Notes: a model not told the origin generated them from the letters alone. Positions 20,139-29,388 are shown, numbered from the stretch's first letter. The stretch: DNA of 64,000 nt from Candidatus Omnitrophota bacterium (GCA_028715645.1 JAQURK010000002.1:756-64755); one strand, 5' to 3'. Program-made: numbers and translations.

Positions 20139-21180
20139 GTTCCATGTCCTGGTTTGAGCCCGGTTTTTGGCTGCTGGGGATCTTGGCGATAAAGCTGCTG
20201 CGCTTTGTTTTCAGGTAGAGATAGGATTCAACCCCAACAGATTCAACTACCTCCAAAAACGCCTTGAGGCTGTTTTCAGGAGGGACATCCGAAACAAAAA
20301 GCCTGTCATATATATCCTCGGGCCGTATGCCAAGGGTAAGCTTTTTATTTACATAATCAACAAGGGCCTGCCTTGAGGCCTCTGAAACCTTAACTTGAAA
20401 AGAGCCCTCGTCAAAATAAAGCTTTTCCTGCTTTTTTACAATAGAACCTTCGATAAAATTCATGGGTGGTGATCCTATGAAACCCGCGACGAACTTGTTT
20501 GAAGGGTTTTTATACAGCGACATCGGCAGATCCGTCTGAAGGATGCTTCCATTATTCATGATAGCAATCCTGTCCCCCAGCGTCATGGCCTCAAGTTGAT
20601 CGTGAGTCACGTATATCATGGTGGTGCGCAGCCTGGAATGCAGCCTGTGTATTTCGGTCCTCATCTGTGTCCTGAGGTTGGCGTCAAGATTGCTTAAGGG
20701 TTCGTCGAAAAGGAATACGAGTGGTTTTCTTACAATGGCCCTGCCCACAGCGACCCTCTGGCGCTCGCCGCCTGAGAGTTCGTATGGCCTCCTGTGCATT
20801 ATACTCGATATCTCAAGGATGGCGGCCGCCTCTTTTACGCGTTTTTCTATTTCAGGGACAGGATATCCCCGGAGTTTAAGACCAAAACCCATATTCTCAT
20901 ATACATTCAGATAGGGATAAAGGGCGTAGTTCTGAAAGACCATCGCGACATCCCTCGCCCTGGGCGGGGTATCATTGACAAGGTATTTTCCGATGTAGAT
21001 CTTGCCCTCGGTCAGGTCCTCAAGGCCGGCGATCATTCTTAGGACTGTAGTCTTACCGCAGCCTGAGGGGCCGACAAGCACCATGAATTCGCGGCTTTCA
21101 ACGCCGAGATTAAGGCGGGAAACAGCCTTTGTGCCGTTTGGGTATATCTTTGTTACATCGCAGAGGCTTACTTGTGACAT
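20077..21180 (-). CDS. ABC transporter ATP-binding protein, MalK/UgpC/MsmX type with C-terminal TOBE domain
   Basis: Walker A GPSGCGKTT, the LSGGERQRVA signature, and Walker B FLFDEPLSNLD. No permease or solute-binding protein gene is adjacent. Confidence 0.85.
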   Translation of the reverse strand: MSQVSLCDVTKIYPNGTKAVSRLNLGVESREFMVLVGPSGCGKTTVLRMIAGLEDLTEGKIYIGKYLVNDTPPRARDVAMVFQNYALYPYLNVYENMGFGLKLRGYPVPEIEKRVKEAAAILEISSIMHRRPYELSGGERQRVAVGRAIVRKPLVFLFDEPLSNLDANLRTQMRTEIHRLHSRLRTTMIYVTHDQLEAMTLGDRIAIMNNGSILQTDLPMSLYKNPSNKFVAGFIGSPPMNFIEGSIVKKQEKLYFDEGSFQVKVSEASRQALVDYVNKKLTLGIRPEDIYDRLFVSDVPPENSLKAFLEVVESVGVESYLYLKTKRSSFIAKIPSSQKPGSNQDMELVFDMSKAHFFDKDTGRTIV

Positions 21181-22016
21181 AGATAATCTAACAACTGGCC
21201 AAGCGTGTCTTTTAAGTTTTTTCTTTGCACGACCATATCTATGAGGCCGTGCTCCAGCAGGAATTCGGAACGCTGAAAACCTTTTGGGAGTTTCTGATGT
21301 ATTGTCTGCTCTATGACCCTGGGGCCCGTAAAACCTATCAATGCCTTTGGTTCCGCGACAATTACATCGCCTAAAGACGCGAATGAGGCCATTACGCCTG
21401 CCATGGTAGGATTGGTCAAAACCGAGATAAAAAGGTTGCCCGCCTCTTTCTGCCTTGCGACCGCCGCTGAGGTTTTGGCCATCTGCATAAGGGAGAGTAT
21501 CCCCTCATACATCCTTGCCCCGCCTCCCGAACCGGAGACGATTATCACCGGAAGCCCGTTTTTTACAGCCTTTTCAAAAAGCCTCGTCAGCTTTTCGCCG
21601 ACTACAGAGCCCATGGAACCCATGATAAACCTTGAATCCGTAACCCCAAAGGCTATCTTTTTTCCCTTTAGCGCGCCCTCACCGGTTATAACGGCCTCTT
21701 TTAAGCCTGTGGCATTCTGGTCTTCCTTAAGTTTATCCTTATAACCCTTTATACCGACGAATGTAAGAGGGTCCTCAGAGGTCATATTGACGTCGTATTC
21801 CGTGAATGAGGCCTCATCAATAAGCAATCTTATCCTTTCCCTCGCGCCTAACGTAAAGTGATAACTGCATTTAGGGCAGACCCTCAGATTCTCCTCAAGC
21901 TGTTTATTATAAATGATCTCGCCGCAGTCTTCGCATTTTACCCAAAGGCCAGAAGGCATTTCCTTTTTTTTTGAGACCTTTACTACGGTATACTTGGGTT
22001 TTCCGAATATCGCCAT
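21168..22016 (-). CDS. accD: Acetyl-CoA carboxylase carboxyltransferase subunit beta
   Basis: N-terminal C4 zinc ribbon (CEDCGEIIY...CPKCSYH) followed by the CoA-carboxyltransferase domain. 282 aa. Confidence 0.9.
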   Translation of the reverse strand: MAIFGKPKYTVVKVSKKKEMPSGLWVKCEDCGEIIYNKQLEENLRVCPKCSYHFTLGARERIRLLIDEASFTEYDVNMTSEDPLTFVGIKGYKDKLKEDQNATGLKEAVITGEGALKGKKIAFGVTDSRFIMGSMGSVVGEKLTRLFEKAVKNGLPVIIVSGSGGGARMYEGILSLMQMAKTSAAVARQKEAGNLFISVLTNPTMAGVMASFASLGDVIVAEPKALIGFTGPRVIEQTIHQKLPKGFQRSEFLLEHGLIDMVVQRKNLKDTLGQLLDYLCHK

Positions 22017-22049
22017 TATATTACAATTATAACATAATAAGCTGCTGAA

Positions 22050-23471
22050 TTAAAATATTTTCCCTGGATTTAATATCCCATTTGGATCAAATACCGCTTT
22101 TATTTTTTTCATAATTTCAACCTGGGTATCCCCTAAAAATTCCCCCAGGTATCCTTTTTTCACAAGCCCTATTCCATGTTCGCCGGAAACAATCCCTCCC
22201 CTTTTCCTTGCGTCTTCATGCAGAAGATCCCTGACAACCGGATAGATAGCCTCCCACCCCTTTTGCTCCGAAAAAACCGGCCTTCCTTCCTTAAAACCGA
22301 ATTTCATAATGTGAGTATGGACGTTTCCGTCGCCCGCATGGCCGTAAGTAGGAAGCCAAAGCCCGTGTTCCTTTTCTATACGGTGCACCGCCTCAACATG
22401 TCCGGCTATCTCAGAGAGGGGAACGGCTATGTCAAGGGTTTCAATACAGTTCGGCTTCATTGCGGTATACATCTGGCTCCTAAAATCAAGGATCTCCTTC
22501 TGCCGGGCCTTGTTATCGGCGACAAAAACATCCCTGGCGCCATTCTTAAGGCATATCTCGGCTATTATTTCAGAGGAATGGTTTATCCCTTCCTTATCCG
22601 CCGCATCAAGGAGGATCATCAAATACGCGCCTCCACCCTTTACGGGCCAGGCCCTGCCAAGATATCTTTCAGTCAATTCAATGGCATCCAGTTCAATAAA
22701 TTCGACCGCAAGCGGTATACAGTCGCTTTTTACGATTTCAGGCGCCGTTTTTATCGCATCCGCGATTTTTTCATAGGACACCACAAGGCAGCCGGTCTCC
22801 TTCGGCATCGGAAGCAGCCCTATGATTGCCTTTGTGATTACGCCCAGGGTCCCCTCAGAACCAATAAAAAGATTGAGCAGGTTTAACCCAGAGCTGTTTT
22901 TGATGAATTTTCCGCCTATTTTTATTATGCCGCCGCCTGGCAGGACCACTTCAAGGCCCCTGGTAAAATTCCTTATTGTGCCGTGTTTTACCGCCCTTGA
23001 GCCGCCCGCATTGGTCGCTATAACGCCGCCTACCGTAGCCGTTTCATCACCGGGATGGGGTGGGAAAAACAGCCCCTCCTTTTCTATAACTACGTAGAGG
23101 TCTTTTAACATTACCCCGGCCTCGGATGTAACCATAAAATTCCGGTTATCCACTTCAAGGACCTTATTAAGGTTATCAAATAATATGACTATACCTCCCT
23201 TTGCCGGAACGCATCCGCCGCAAAGGCCTGTCCCGCCGCCCCTTGGCGTTACCGGTATTTTTTCCTTATTCGCCAATTTTAAGATTTGTGAAATATCGTC
23301 GGCGGTTCTGGGTTTGACCGCAAGCAAAGGCAGGTTTTTTATGGCAGGGAGCGGAAATTCGTCGTGGGAATAATCCTGTAATTTCTCATTCTCAAAAATT
23401 ACATTTTGTATACCTGCTATACCCTGTAATTTTTTAATTAAACCGGCTTCCATTACCCTAAAATTTAGCAT
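22050..23471 (-). CDS. FAD-linked oxidase (GlcD / D-lactate dehydrogenase family)
   Basis: FAD-binding PCMH domain motifs in the N-terminal half. 473 aa. Confidence 0.8.
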   Translation of the reverse strand: MLNFRVMEAGLIKKLQGIAGIQNVIFENEKLQDYSHDEFPLPAIKNLPLLAVKPRTADDISQILKLANKEKIPVTPRGGGTGLCGGCVPAKGGIVILFDNLNKVLEVDNRNFMVTSEAGVMLKDLYVVIEKEGLFFPPHPGDETATVGGVIATNAGGSRAVKHGTIRNFTRGLEVVLPGGGIIKIGGKFIKNSSGLNLLNLFIGSEGTLGVITKAIIGLLPMPKETGCLVVSYEKIADAIKTAPEIVKSDCIPLAVEFIELDAIELTERYLGRAWPVKGGGAYLMILLDAADKEGINHSSEIIAEICLKNGARDVFVADNKARQKEILDFRSQMYTAMKPNCIETLDIAVPLSEIAGHVEAVHRIEKEHGLWLPTYGHAGDGNVHTHIMKFGFKEGRPVFSEQKGWEAIYPVVRDLLHEDARKRGGIVSGEHGIGLVKKGYLGEFLGDTQVEIMKKIKAVFDPNGILNPGKIF

Positions 23472-23504
23472 AATCGACGGCTTTTAGCAATAAAAAAGGG
23501 GTAC

Positions 23505-23624
23505 TTAAAATCCTACAGGCATACCTGCATATGCGCGCAGGGCCTGAAGAAAATTCAGGCGTTTCTTAAGGTACCTTGCGTGCCTTTTTATGTGCCGTTT
23601 GGCCTTATGATATATGCGCTTCAT
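23505..23624 (-). CDS. Candidate 39-aa highly basic peptide (MKRIYHKAKRHIKRHARYLKKRLNFLQALRAYAGMPVGF)
   Basis: A perfect AAGGAGG Shine-Dalgarno lies 6 nt upstream of the ATG and overlaps the stop codon of the upstream 1101-aa gene. Not in the ORF track because it is under 60 aa. No homolog recognised. Confidence 0.35.
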   Translation of the reverse strand: MKRIYHKAKRHIKRHARYLKKRLNFLQALRAYAGMPVGF

Positions 23625-23635
23625 TTTGCGCCTCC

Positions 23636-26600
23636 TTACTGTGTCGTTCCAAATGCTGTATTTGAGTATTTTGACTTCTCATTCCCTCTATATGCACACA
23701 CCCTATAATAATATGTTTTTCCCGAAGCAAGTCCTCCGGCCGTATATGTTGTTTTATTAGCGGTTACATAACCTTTATATGCGAATGTTACCCCATCCAT
23801 GCTTTGCTCTATCCTGAATCCTGTCTCATCAGCAGAATCATCCTGCCAGGTAAGTCTTATCTGGGTCGAGGACAATGCCTGGGCTATTAGGTTGGAGGGG
23901 GCTGCCGGAAGAACGGTCTTCAGTACCGTAGTGCCATATTGAGAGGCGCTGTCTCCTGTGGGCCCTGTCCCTGTCAAGATATAGGTATATGTCCCATCCG
24001 GCAAAAGGACGCCGGAGACATTCCTCCCATTCCACTTCACAGCAAGATTTGCCCCGAGGCCGGAGAAGGAGCGCACCGTTTGGTCAGCGGCATCTTTTAT
24101 CTCAATTGTCCAGACAACAGATTGATTAAACTTACCGCTTATCATTGTCGTTTCATTCACCCCGTCGCCATTAGGACTAAAAGGATCTGGAGTATCGCGC
24201 AATGAAAGGATGGAAACGGAATTAGGCATTACGGTAACTTTTGCCGTATCAATCACCGGCCCGTTACCTGCCGCGTCATCAACAGATAAGGCCACTATAT
24301 AATCTCTTACCTGTATAAAGGTAAAAGTGGGGTTTACGCCCCGGGCGTCTGCCTGAAAGCCCTGATGCGGATCATAGTCAAAATCCCAGAGATATGAAAC
24401 AGCGCCGACATTATCGCTTGAACCGGAGCCGTCGAAACTTACCGCTGTGTTTAACTTTACTGTTTTATCCTCTCCTGCGTTGGCTACAGGCGGTGTGGTA
24501 TCAGGCGGCATGTGCGTTTCCCCTCCGGGCACCCAGATCGTCAATCTATTGATCATAGTGGCGGCATCATGGCCTGGTGTGCCGTAACCCAATCTTACAT
24601 CAAGACGGCCGTCGGTTACCTTTACCTTTGCCGGCCAGACCCATAAGGTATTGGCTGGATCGTTGGGTTTTAGCGCATCAAGGATTATTTCGTTTGGAGT
24701 TCCGGGTTCAAGAACGATGTGGGTATCCCCGAAGAAAGTAAGCGGAGACGTATTCCCTGAAGCCCTCCCCCTTCCAACAGTGATATTGACATCATATTCG
24801 CCGTTAGGAAGATCCGTGGACCATGTGTTTAGAGTGTTATTCGCCACATAGCAGAATGAATTATCGGCGTCCAGATATGCGTTGTTGTAATTATAGTCAT
24901 AATTATAGTAATAATTAACATTAGCATTTGACCAGCCGTTACGTATCTTGGCATCATACAGCCCTAATGATACCCTTGTTCCTTGAGGAAGACAGACAAG
25001 CGGGCCAAAGTCAAATTCTCCTACAAGTTCACCCGCGTCTGACAGCGCAGGTGTCGTGAATGAGTATTCATCGCTTATCGCCTCCTCGCCCTCGCGCCAG
25101 CTCTTTACGCGGTAGTAATATGTAGTATTGGGTTTGAGGCAGTTTAGGGCCAACCTGTGTGAGGATTTGAATACCTGATTTTGGTCGCCCCTCATATCTA
25201 TATAAGGATATCTCCCTGCGGTGGTCCCGAATTCTATTTGTCCTCTGGTAGCGAGGGCGTTATTTTGGCTGTCTTTAGAGTCCCATGTTATGACTGCCCT
25301 CTCGGATGTAAGCTCCGCGACGCTTACATCCGAGATGAATGGCGTATTAAGCGTTGTATCGTTTTTATCTATGATATATTTATCGCGTAAGTTTCTGCTT
25401 GCCCTGCGCGCGGTGTATGTCCCGCTTTCCTGGTATCCGTATGTCTCAACCGTGCATTTTTTATCTTCTACGGTCATCTCAATATAGCTCACCTTGCCAT
25501 CCCCTGGCGGTGTATTGTAAAGAGAGTTATGCGCTATCCCAAGGCCGTCAACTCCGGATTGGCAAAGATGATATATCGTTCCTTTGCAATTGGCGTTATA
25601 ATATCCTGCATCCTGCGAACAGATGATGCCCCATTGTTTGGGGTCAATGGGGTTTCTGATTAATGGGTATGTCCTTTCATGTATATGCCAATGGCCCGAA
25701 AATTGAATGTCTACATCATACGTATCATAAAGACGCATTGTCTCTAAATCTGTATGGGATAATTTTAATTGCGTATTTACCAACGACCTCTTAGTTGTGC
25801 CACCGTCTCCGTATACAGGACCATGCCGGCCTGTAAATATATAGTTTATGTCCCTTGCCCTCGCCTGGATGAGGTCCTGCTCTCCCCATGCATTGTAGGT
25901 TAAGGATAAACCCCATTCCCCATAAGAAACAAAATGCGCTTTGCCGTAGTCGAAACTGAAGATAACCTCTTTTTTATCATCCGGGCCGTTCTCAGGGAAA
26001 TAATTGAATTCTCTATACCTCGCCAACCCAGCTCCGCTGCCTTCCGTACTATCGCAGTCCCTCTCGTGGCCGCCTGTTATATGAACATAAACGGCTGTGG
26101 CGTAAAGCTCGCGGAACATAAAGAACATATCCGTATAATTAGTTAAAGTACCGGAGGCGACTATATCACCCTGCAGGAATATAACATCCGGATCAAACTT
26201 TAGCATATCCGGCAACATGGAGGAAAGCGATAAAACCGCCTGAGGTTTTATACTATGGAAGTCGGCTCCCACCAATACCTTAAACCTTCCATCAGGAGGC
26301 GATGTCTTAAACTCATAGACAGGCGAGGTATCGTTATCACCTTCCACATAGTAGCGGTATGTCGTTCCCGGCTCAAGGTCGGTGAGTTTAATGAAGTGTT
26401 TGGTGTCAATATCTGGAAGTATGATTGAATATTCATTCTCGTCTGATATTCCATAATGTATGACCGCTGAAGAAGGATTGGCGGTCCTGAAAGCGACACC
26501 GATGGCTGCGCGTAATCTTTCGGTACCGTCACTATAGAGGAGCTCCCCTGTGTTGATATCGGGGTCAGCCCCTCCTGTCGGCTGTAGATACGGCCCAACA

Positions 26601-26941
26601 GTGATACCTGAGCCATCGTCGGGGATAAAAGACACCCCGATATTTTTGTTTGAATCCATCGTGATGTATATGGGATTATACCTGTCTTGGCCTTGCGGTA
26701 TATCCCCCGACCATCTATCAAAAACATTCTTGCTCACGTAATCACCGGAAGCGATTAACCTTACTACCGTCCCTGCGGGATAGTCTTGGCCGGATGGGCT
26801 GGCCACATATTGGCCATTGCCCTGTGTGCTCACAGTTAGGGTATAGGTGCCTTCGACAAAGCCTATACTCATCGGTATTGCAAAGAAGACAATGCTAAGT
26901 ACTATAATAGAGGATATTTTAATTACCTTATATTTCTTCAT
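23636..26941 (-). CDS. Large secreted multi-domain metallophosphoesterase (purple-acid-phosphatase-like calcineurin-type domain with FN3, PKD and FlgD Ig-like domains)
   Basis: 1101 aa. Signal peptide; PAP N-terminal FN3-like domain; metallophosphoesterase motifs (GDxxASG...GHWH); PKD-like segment (VSFDGSGSSD...); FlgD Ig-like motif (DPFSPNGDGVNE); C-terminal FN3 domain. Confidence 0.75.
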   Translation of the reverse strand: MKKYKVIKISSIIVLSIVFFAIPMSIGFVEGTYTLTVSTQGNGQYVASPSGQDYPAGTVVRLIASGDYVSKNVFDRWSGDIPQGQDRYNPIYITMDSNKNIGVSFIPDDGSGITVGPYLQPTGGADPDINTGELLYSDGTERLRAAIGVAFRTANPSSAVIHYGISDENEYSIILPDIDTKHFIKLTDLEPGTTYRYYVEGDNDTSPVYEFKTSPPDGRFKVLVGADFHSIKPQAVLSLSSMLPDMLKFDPDVIFLQGDIVASGTLTNYTDMFFMFRELYATAVYVHITGGHERDCDSTEGSGAGLARYREFNYFPENGPDDKKEVIFSFDYGKAHFVSYGEWGLSLTYNAWGEQDLIQARARDINYIFTGRHGPVYGDGGTTKRSLVNTQLKLSHTDLETMRLYDTYDVDIQFSGHWHIHERTYPLIRNPIDPKQWGIICSQDAGYYNANCKGTIYHLCQSGVDGLGIAHNSLYNTPPGDGKVSYIEMTVEDKKCTVETYGYQESGTYTARRASRNLRDKYIIDKNDTTLNTPFISDVSVAELTSERAVITWDSKDSQNNALATRGQIEFGTTAGRYPYIDMRGDQNQVFKSSHRLALNCLKPNTTYYYRVKSWREGEEAISDEYSFTTPALSDAGELVGEFDFGPLVCLPQGTRVSLGLYDAKIRNGWSNANVNYYYNYDYNYNNAYLDADNSFCYVANNTLNTWSTDLPNGEYDVNITVGRGRASGNTSPLTFFGDTHIVLEPGTPNEIILDALKPNDPANTLWVWPAKVKVTDGRLDVRLGYGTPGHDAATMINRLTIWVPGGETHMPPDTTPPVANAGEDKTVKLNTAVSFDGSGSSDNVGAVSYLWDFDYDPHQGFQADARGVNPTFTFIQVRDYIVALSVDDAAGNGPVIDTAKVTVMPNSVSILSLRDTPDPFSPNGDGVNETTMISGKFNQSVVWTIEIKDAADQTVRSFSGLGANLAVKWNGRNVSGVLLPDGTYTYILTGTGPTGDSASQYGTTVLKTVLPAAPSNLIAQALSSTQIRLTWQDDSADETGFRIEQSMDGVTFAYKGYVTANKTTYTAGGLASGKTYYYRVCAYRGNEKSKYSNTAFGTTQ

Positions 26942-27231
26942 TTGATTACCTCCGTTTTTTTCCTGCTTTTACTACCCTGAAAAATCGCCTTCCTGGCTAT
27001 TTCTTCAAATATCTTATTCATCAACTCCTCTTTGGAATGGATGTTTTCGCCGGTGACGCCCTTTTTCATACAAGCCTCTACCATCGCTTCTATAATCTTT
27101 GCCTTTGGCAGTTTTGTCCCTGTAGTAAATAAGGAATCCTTGCTGAGCTTATCTATATAATCCAACTCCTCCCTTGTAAGAAAGGTTATGACCCTTGACA
27201 GTAATTCTTTTTTTTCATGTTGAGTGCTCAT
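26938..27231 (-). CDS. Small protein with N-terminal ribbon-helix-helix-like fold (putative DNA-binding protein)
   Basis: 97 aa. The 'LLSRVITFLTREELDYIDKL' segment fits a beta-strand/helix RHH pattern. ATGA overlaps at both ends indicate translational coupling. Confidence 0.45.
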   Translation of the reverse strand: MSTQHEKKELLSRVITFLTREELDYIDKLSKDSLFTTGTKLPKAKIIEAMVEACMKKGVTGENIHSKEELMNKIFEEIARKAIFQGSKSRKKTEVIK

Positions 27232-27422
27232 TTTTGTTCACCTCGATAATAATCCTCAAGTTTTCTCTGTATATTCTCCCTCTCAGCCGGCGTCAATATC
27301 TGTTTTACCACATAGGAATAAACATCTTCGGCTGTCATCACAGGAAGCTTATACTTATTACCGTTGGCGCATGAGAATTCCTTCAATTCCACCTTGCATT
27401 TCCTTACTATATAGATATCCAT
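27228..27422 (-). CDS. Small hypothetical protein (64 aa from the ATG; the ORF track extends it to a TTG start at 27440)
   Basis: The ATG is preceded by AAGGAGG at 5-nt spacing. First gene downstream of the riboswitch-like leader. Confidence 0.5.
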   Translation of the reverse strand: MDIYIVRKCKVELKEFSCANGNKYKLPVMTAEDVYSYVVKQILTPAERENIQRKLEDYYRGEQK

Positions 27423-27446
27423 AGCAACCTCCTTGGGCAATAAAAA

Positions 27447-27476
27447 AACCTTACTCCATTGGGAATAAGGTTTTTT
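27447..27476 (-). terminator. Intrinsic terminator hairpin (9-bp stem CCUUAUUCC/GGAGUAAGG, CAAU loop, U7 tract). Doubles as the candidate riboswitch expression platform and terminates proS.
   Basis: Seen directly. The hairpin is flanked by A6-7 on one side and T7 on the other, so it is bidirectional. It lies about 10 nt upstream of the SD of the small ORF. Confidence 0.6.
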
Positions 27477-27482
27477 ATCACT

Positions 27483-27573
27483 GTCTTCGGCAACCCTGCC
27501 GCCCTATCCCGGTTACGGAACTTAGGCCGTGGCTTTCCGCCCCCCGCTTTCGCGAGGTTAGGCTTGTTCGTAC
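27483..27573 (-). ncRNA. c-di-GMP-I (GEMM) riboswitch-like aptamer
   Basis: The minus-strand RNA is ...ACGAACAAGCCUAACCUCGCGAAAGCGGGGGGCGGAAAGCCACGGCCUAAGUUCCGUAACCGGGAUAGGGCGGCAGGGUUGCCGAAG. It has a GAAA-tetraloop P2, the GCGGAAAGCCACGGCC segment (compare GEMM ACGCAAAGCCnCGG), and a 3' GGCAGGGUUGCCGA segment (compare AGCnGGGUURCCGA). Overall similarity to the V. cholerae Vc2 aptamer. Confidence 0.6.
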
Positions 27574-27630
27574 AGCATACCAAGGTATTTAAAGAGCGAG
27601 CTGACTTTCTATTATTTTACTTGCACTATA

Positions 27631-27659
27631 AGTATACCTGACAAATGTCATTTTGTCAA
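27631..27659 (-). promoter_or_regulatory. Sigma70-like promoter for the riboswitch/small-protein/giant-protein operon (TTGACA, 17-nt spacer, TATACT)
   Basis: Read on the minus strand: attgacaaaatgacatttgtcaggtatact. Overlapped by TGACA-N2-TGTCA and TGTCA-N4-TGACA palindromes. Confidence 0.5.
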
Positions 27660-27678
27660 TAGTGACAAAGTAAAATAA

Positions 27679-29388
27679 TTAAAAAAGTTTTATATGATCT
27701 AAAACGCTATCGGCGGGAACTATTACCCTGTTTCCGGTCCTTCGGTCTTTGATTTCGACTTTTTTGGCCTCGAAATGGCGGTCACTTACGATTATCTGGT
27801 AGGTAAACCCAATAAGATCGGCATCCTTGAATTTGACCCCTGCCCTGTCGTCTCTATCATCCAATATAACTTCTACATACCTCTTATCTAACACCGCATA
27901 TATTTCTTCTGCCATGTCCATAAGTTTTTTATCCGCGGAGTTAACAGGTATAATAACCACCTTGAATGGGCTGATTGAAACCGGCCAGATTATGCCGTTT
28001 TCATCGTTATTCTGTTCTATGGCAGCCGCCGCAATCCGGTTTACGCCTATACCATAGCATCCCATGATCATTGGTTGTTCCCTGCCCTGTTCATCCAGGT
28101 ATGCCGCGCCCAGAGGCTTCGAATATTTGGTTCCTAATTTAAAGGTATGTCCCACTTCTATGGCGGTTTTTAATTTGATTTGCTTGCCGCATCTTGGGCA
28201 CATATCGTCGGGCGTGATGTATCTCAGGTCGGCCCATTCCTCAACCTGAAAATCCCTGCTTAGGTTTACATTTATAAGATGTTTATCTTTTTTATTCGCC
28301 CCTGTGATAAAATCAGTCATAGTGGAAACGCTGTAATCGGCCGCTATTCTTGTTCCTTTTAAATCAACAGGCCCGCTAAAACCAAGAGGGCCTCCCGTAA
28401 CAGATTTTATTGTGCCTTCATCCGCCAGTTCAAGGATTTCGCATTTTAAGTACTTTTTTAGTTTGGCTTCATTTACCTCATGATCGCCCCTTACCAGGAC
28501 CGCTACAGGTTGACCGTCCGCCTTGTATATAAGCGTCTTTACCATTTTCTCGGCAGGGAACTTAAGCAGCGCGCTGACTTTTTCAATAGTCGTCACGCCG
28601 GGGGTGTCCACTTCCTTAAGAGACGCCAATTGGGTCTTGGGTCTATGGTCAATGGTCAATGGTCTATGGTCTTTAATTGCCGCCACTTCCCGGCTTGCAG
28701 AATACCCGCATGAATCGCATATCACGATTAAATCCTCGCCCACCTCTGAAGGCACCATGAATTCATGAGATACGTTTCCCCCCATAAATCCGGGGTCCGC
28801 TTCAACAGGGATGTAATCGAGCCCGCATCTTGAAAAAATACTGCAATAGGCCTCATACATCTTTGCGTAGCTCTTATCCAGGCCCTCCAGGTCACGATCA
28901 AAACTATAAGCGTCCTTCATTATGAATTCTTTCGAACGCAAGATCCCGAATCTGGGCCTGGGTTCGTCTCTGAATTTTGTCTGGATCTGATAAAGTATCT
29001 GCGGGAGCTGCTTGTAGGACTTGACTTCGCCGGCGACAAGAGAGGTTATTATCTCTTCGTGCGTCGGCCCAAGCACGCACTCCTTGTCATGCCTGTCTTT
29101 AAACTTTATTAGCACATCGCCAAGGAGATCATATCTGCCTGTCTGTCTCCATAATTCCGGCGGTTGTATGGCCGGCAAAAGCACTTCCTGGGCGCCTTTT
29201 TTATTCATTTCATCGCGAATAATTTTTTTTACCTTATCGAGCACGCGAAGGCCAAGAGGCAGGTATGAATATGTGCCCGAAGTAAGTTTTCGGATAAGGC
29301 CCGCGCGGACCATCAGGATGTGGCTTTTGGCCTCAGCGTCCTGCGGCGCTTCTTTAAGGGTTGGAATAAGGGCTCGAGTCCATCGCAT
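27679..29388 (-). CDS. proS: Proline--tRNA ligase
   Basis: 569 aa, class II aaRS motifs, N-terminus MRWTRALIPTLKE.... Confidence 0.9.
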   Translation of the reverse strand: MRWTRALIPTLKEAPQDAEAKSHILMVRAGLIRKLTSGTYSYLPLGLRVLDKVKKIIRDEMNKKGAQEVLLPAIQPPELWRQTGRYDLLGDVLIKFKDRHDKECVLGPTHEEIITSLVAGEVKSYKQLPQILYQIQTKFRDEPRPRFGILRSKEFIMKDAYSFDRDLEGLDKSYAKMYEAYCSIFSRCGLDYIPVEADPGFMGGNVSHEFMVPSEVGEDLIVICDSCGYSASREVAAIKDHRPLTIDHRPKTQLASLKEVDTPGVTTIEKVSALLKFPAEKMVKTLIYKADGQPVAVLVRGDHEVNEAKLKKYLKCEILELADEGTIKSVTGGPLGFSGPVDLKGTRIAADYSVSTMTDFITGANKKDKHLINVNLSRDFQVEEWADLRYITPDDMCPRCGKQIKLKTAIEVGHTFKLGTKYSKPLGAAYLDEQGREQPMIMGCYGIGVNRIAAAAIEQNNDENGIIWPVSISPFKVVIIPVNSADKKLMDMAEEIYAVLDKRYVEVILDDRDDRAGVKFKDADLIGFTYQIIVSDRHFEAKKVEIKDRRTGNRVIVPADSVLDHIKLF

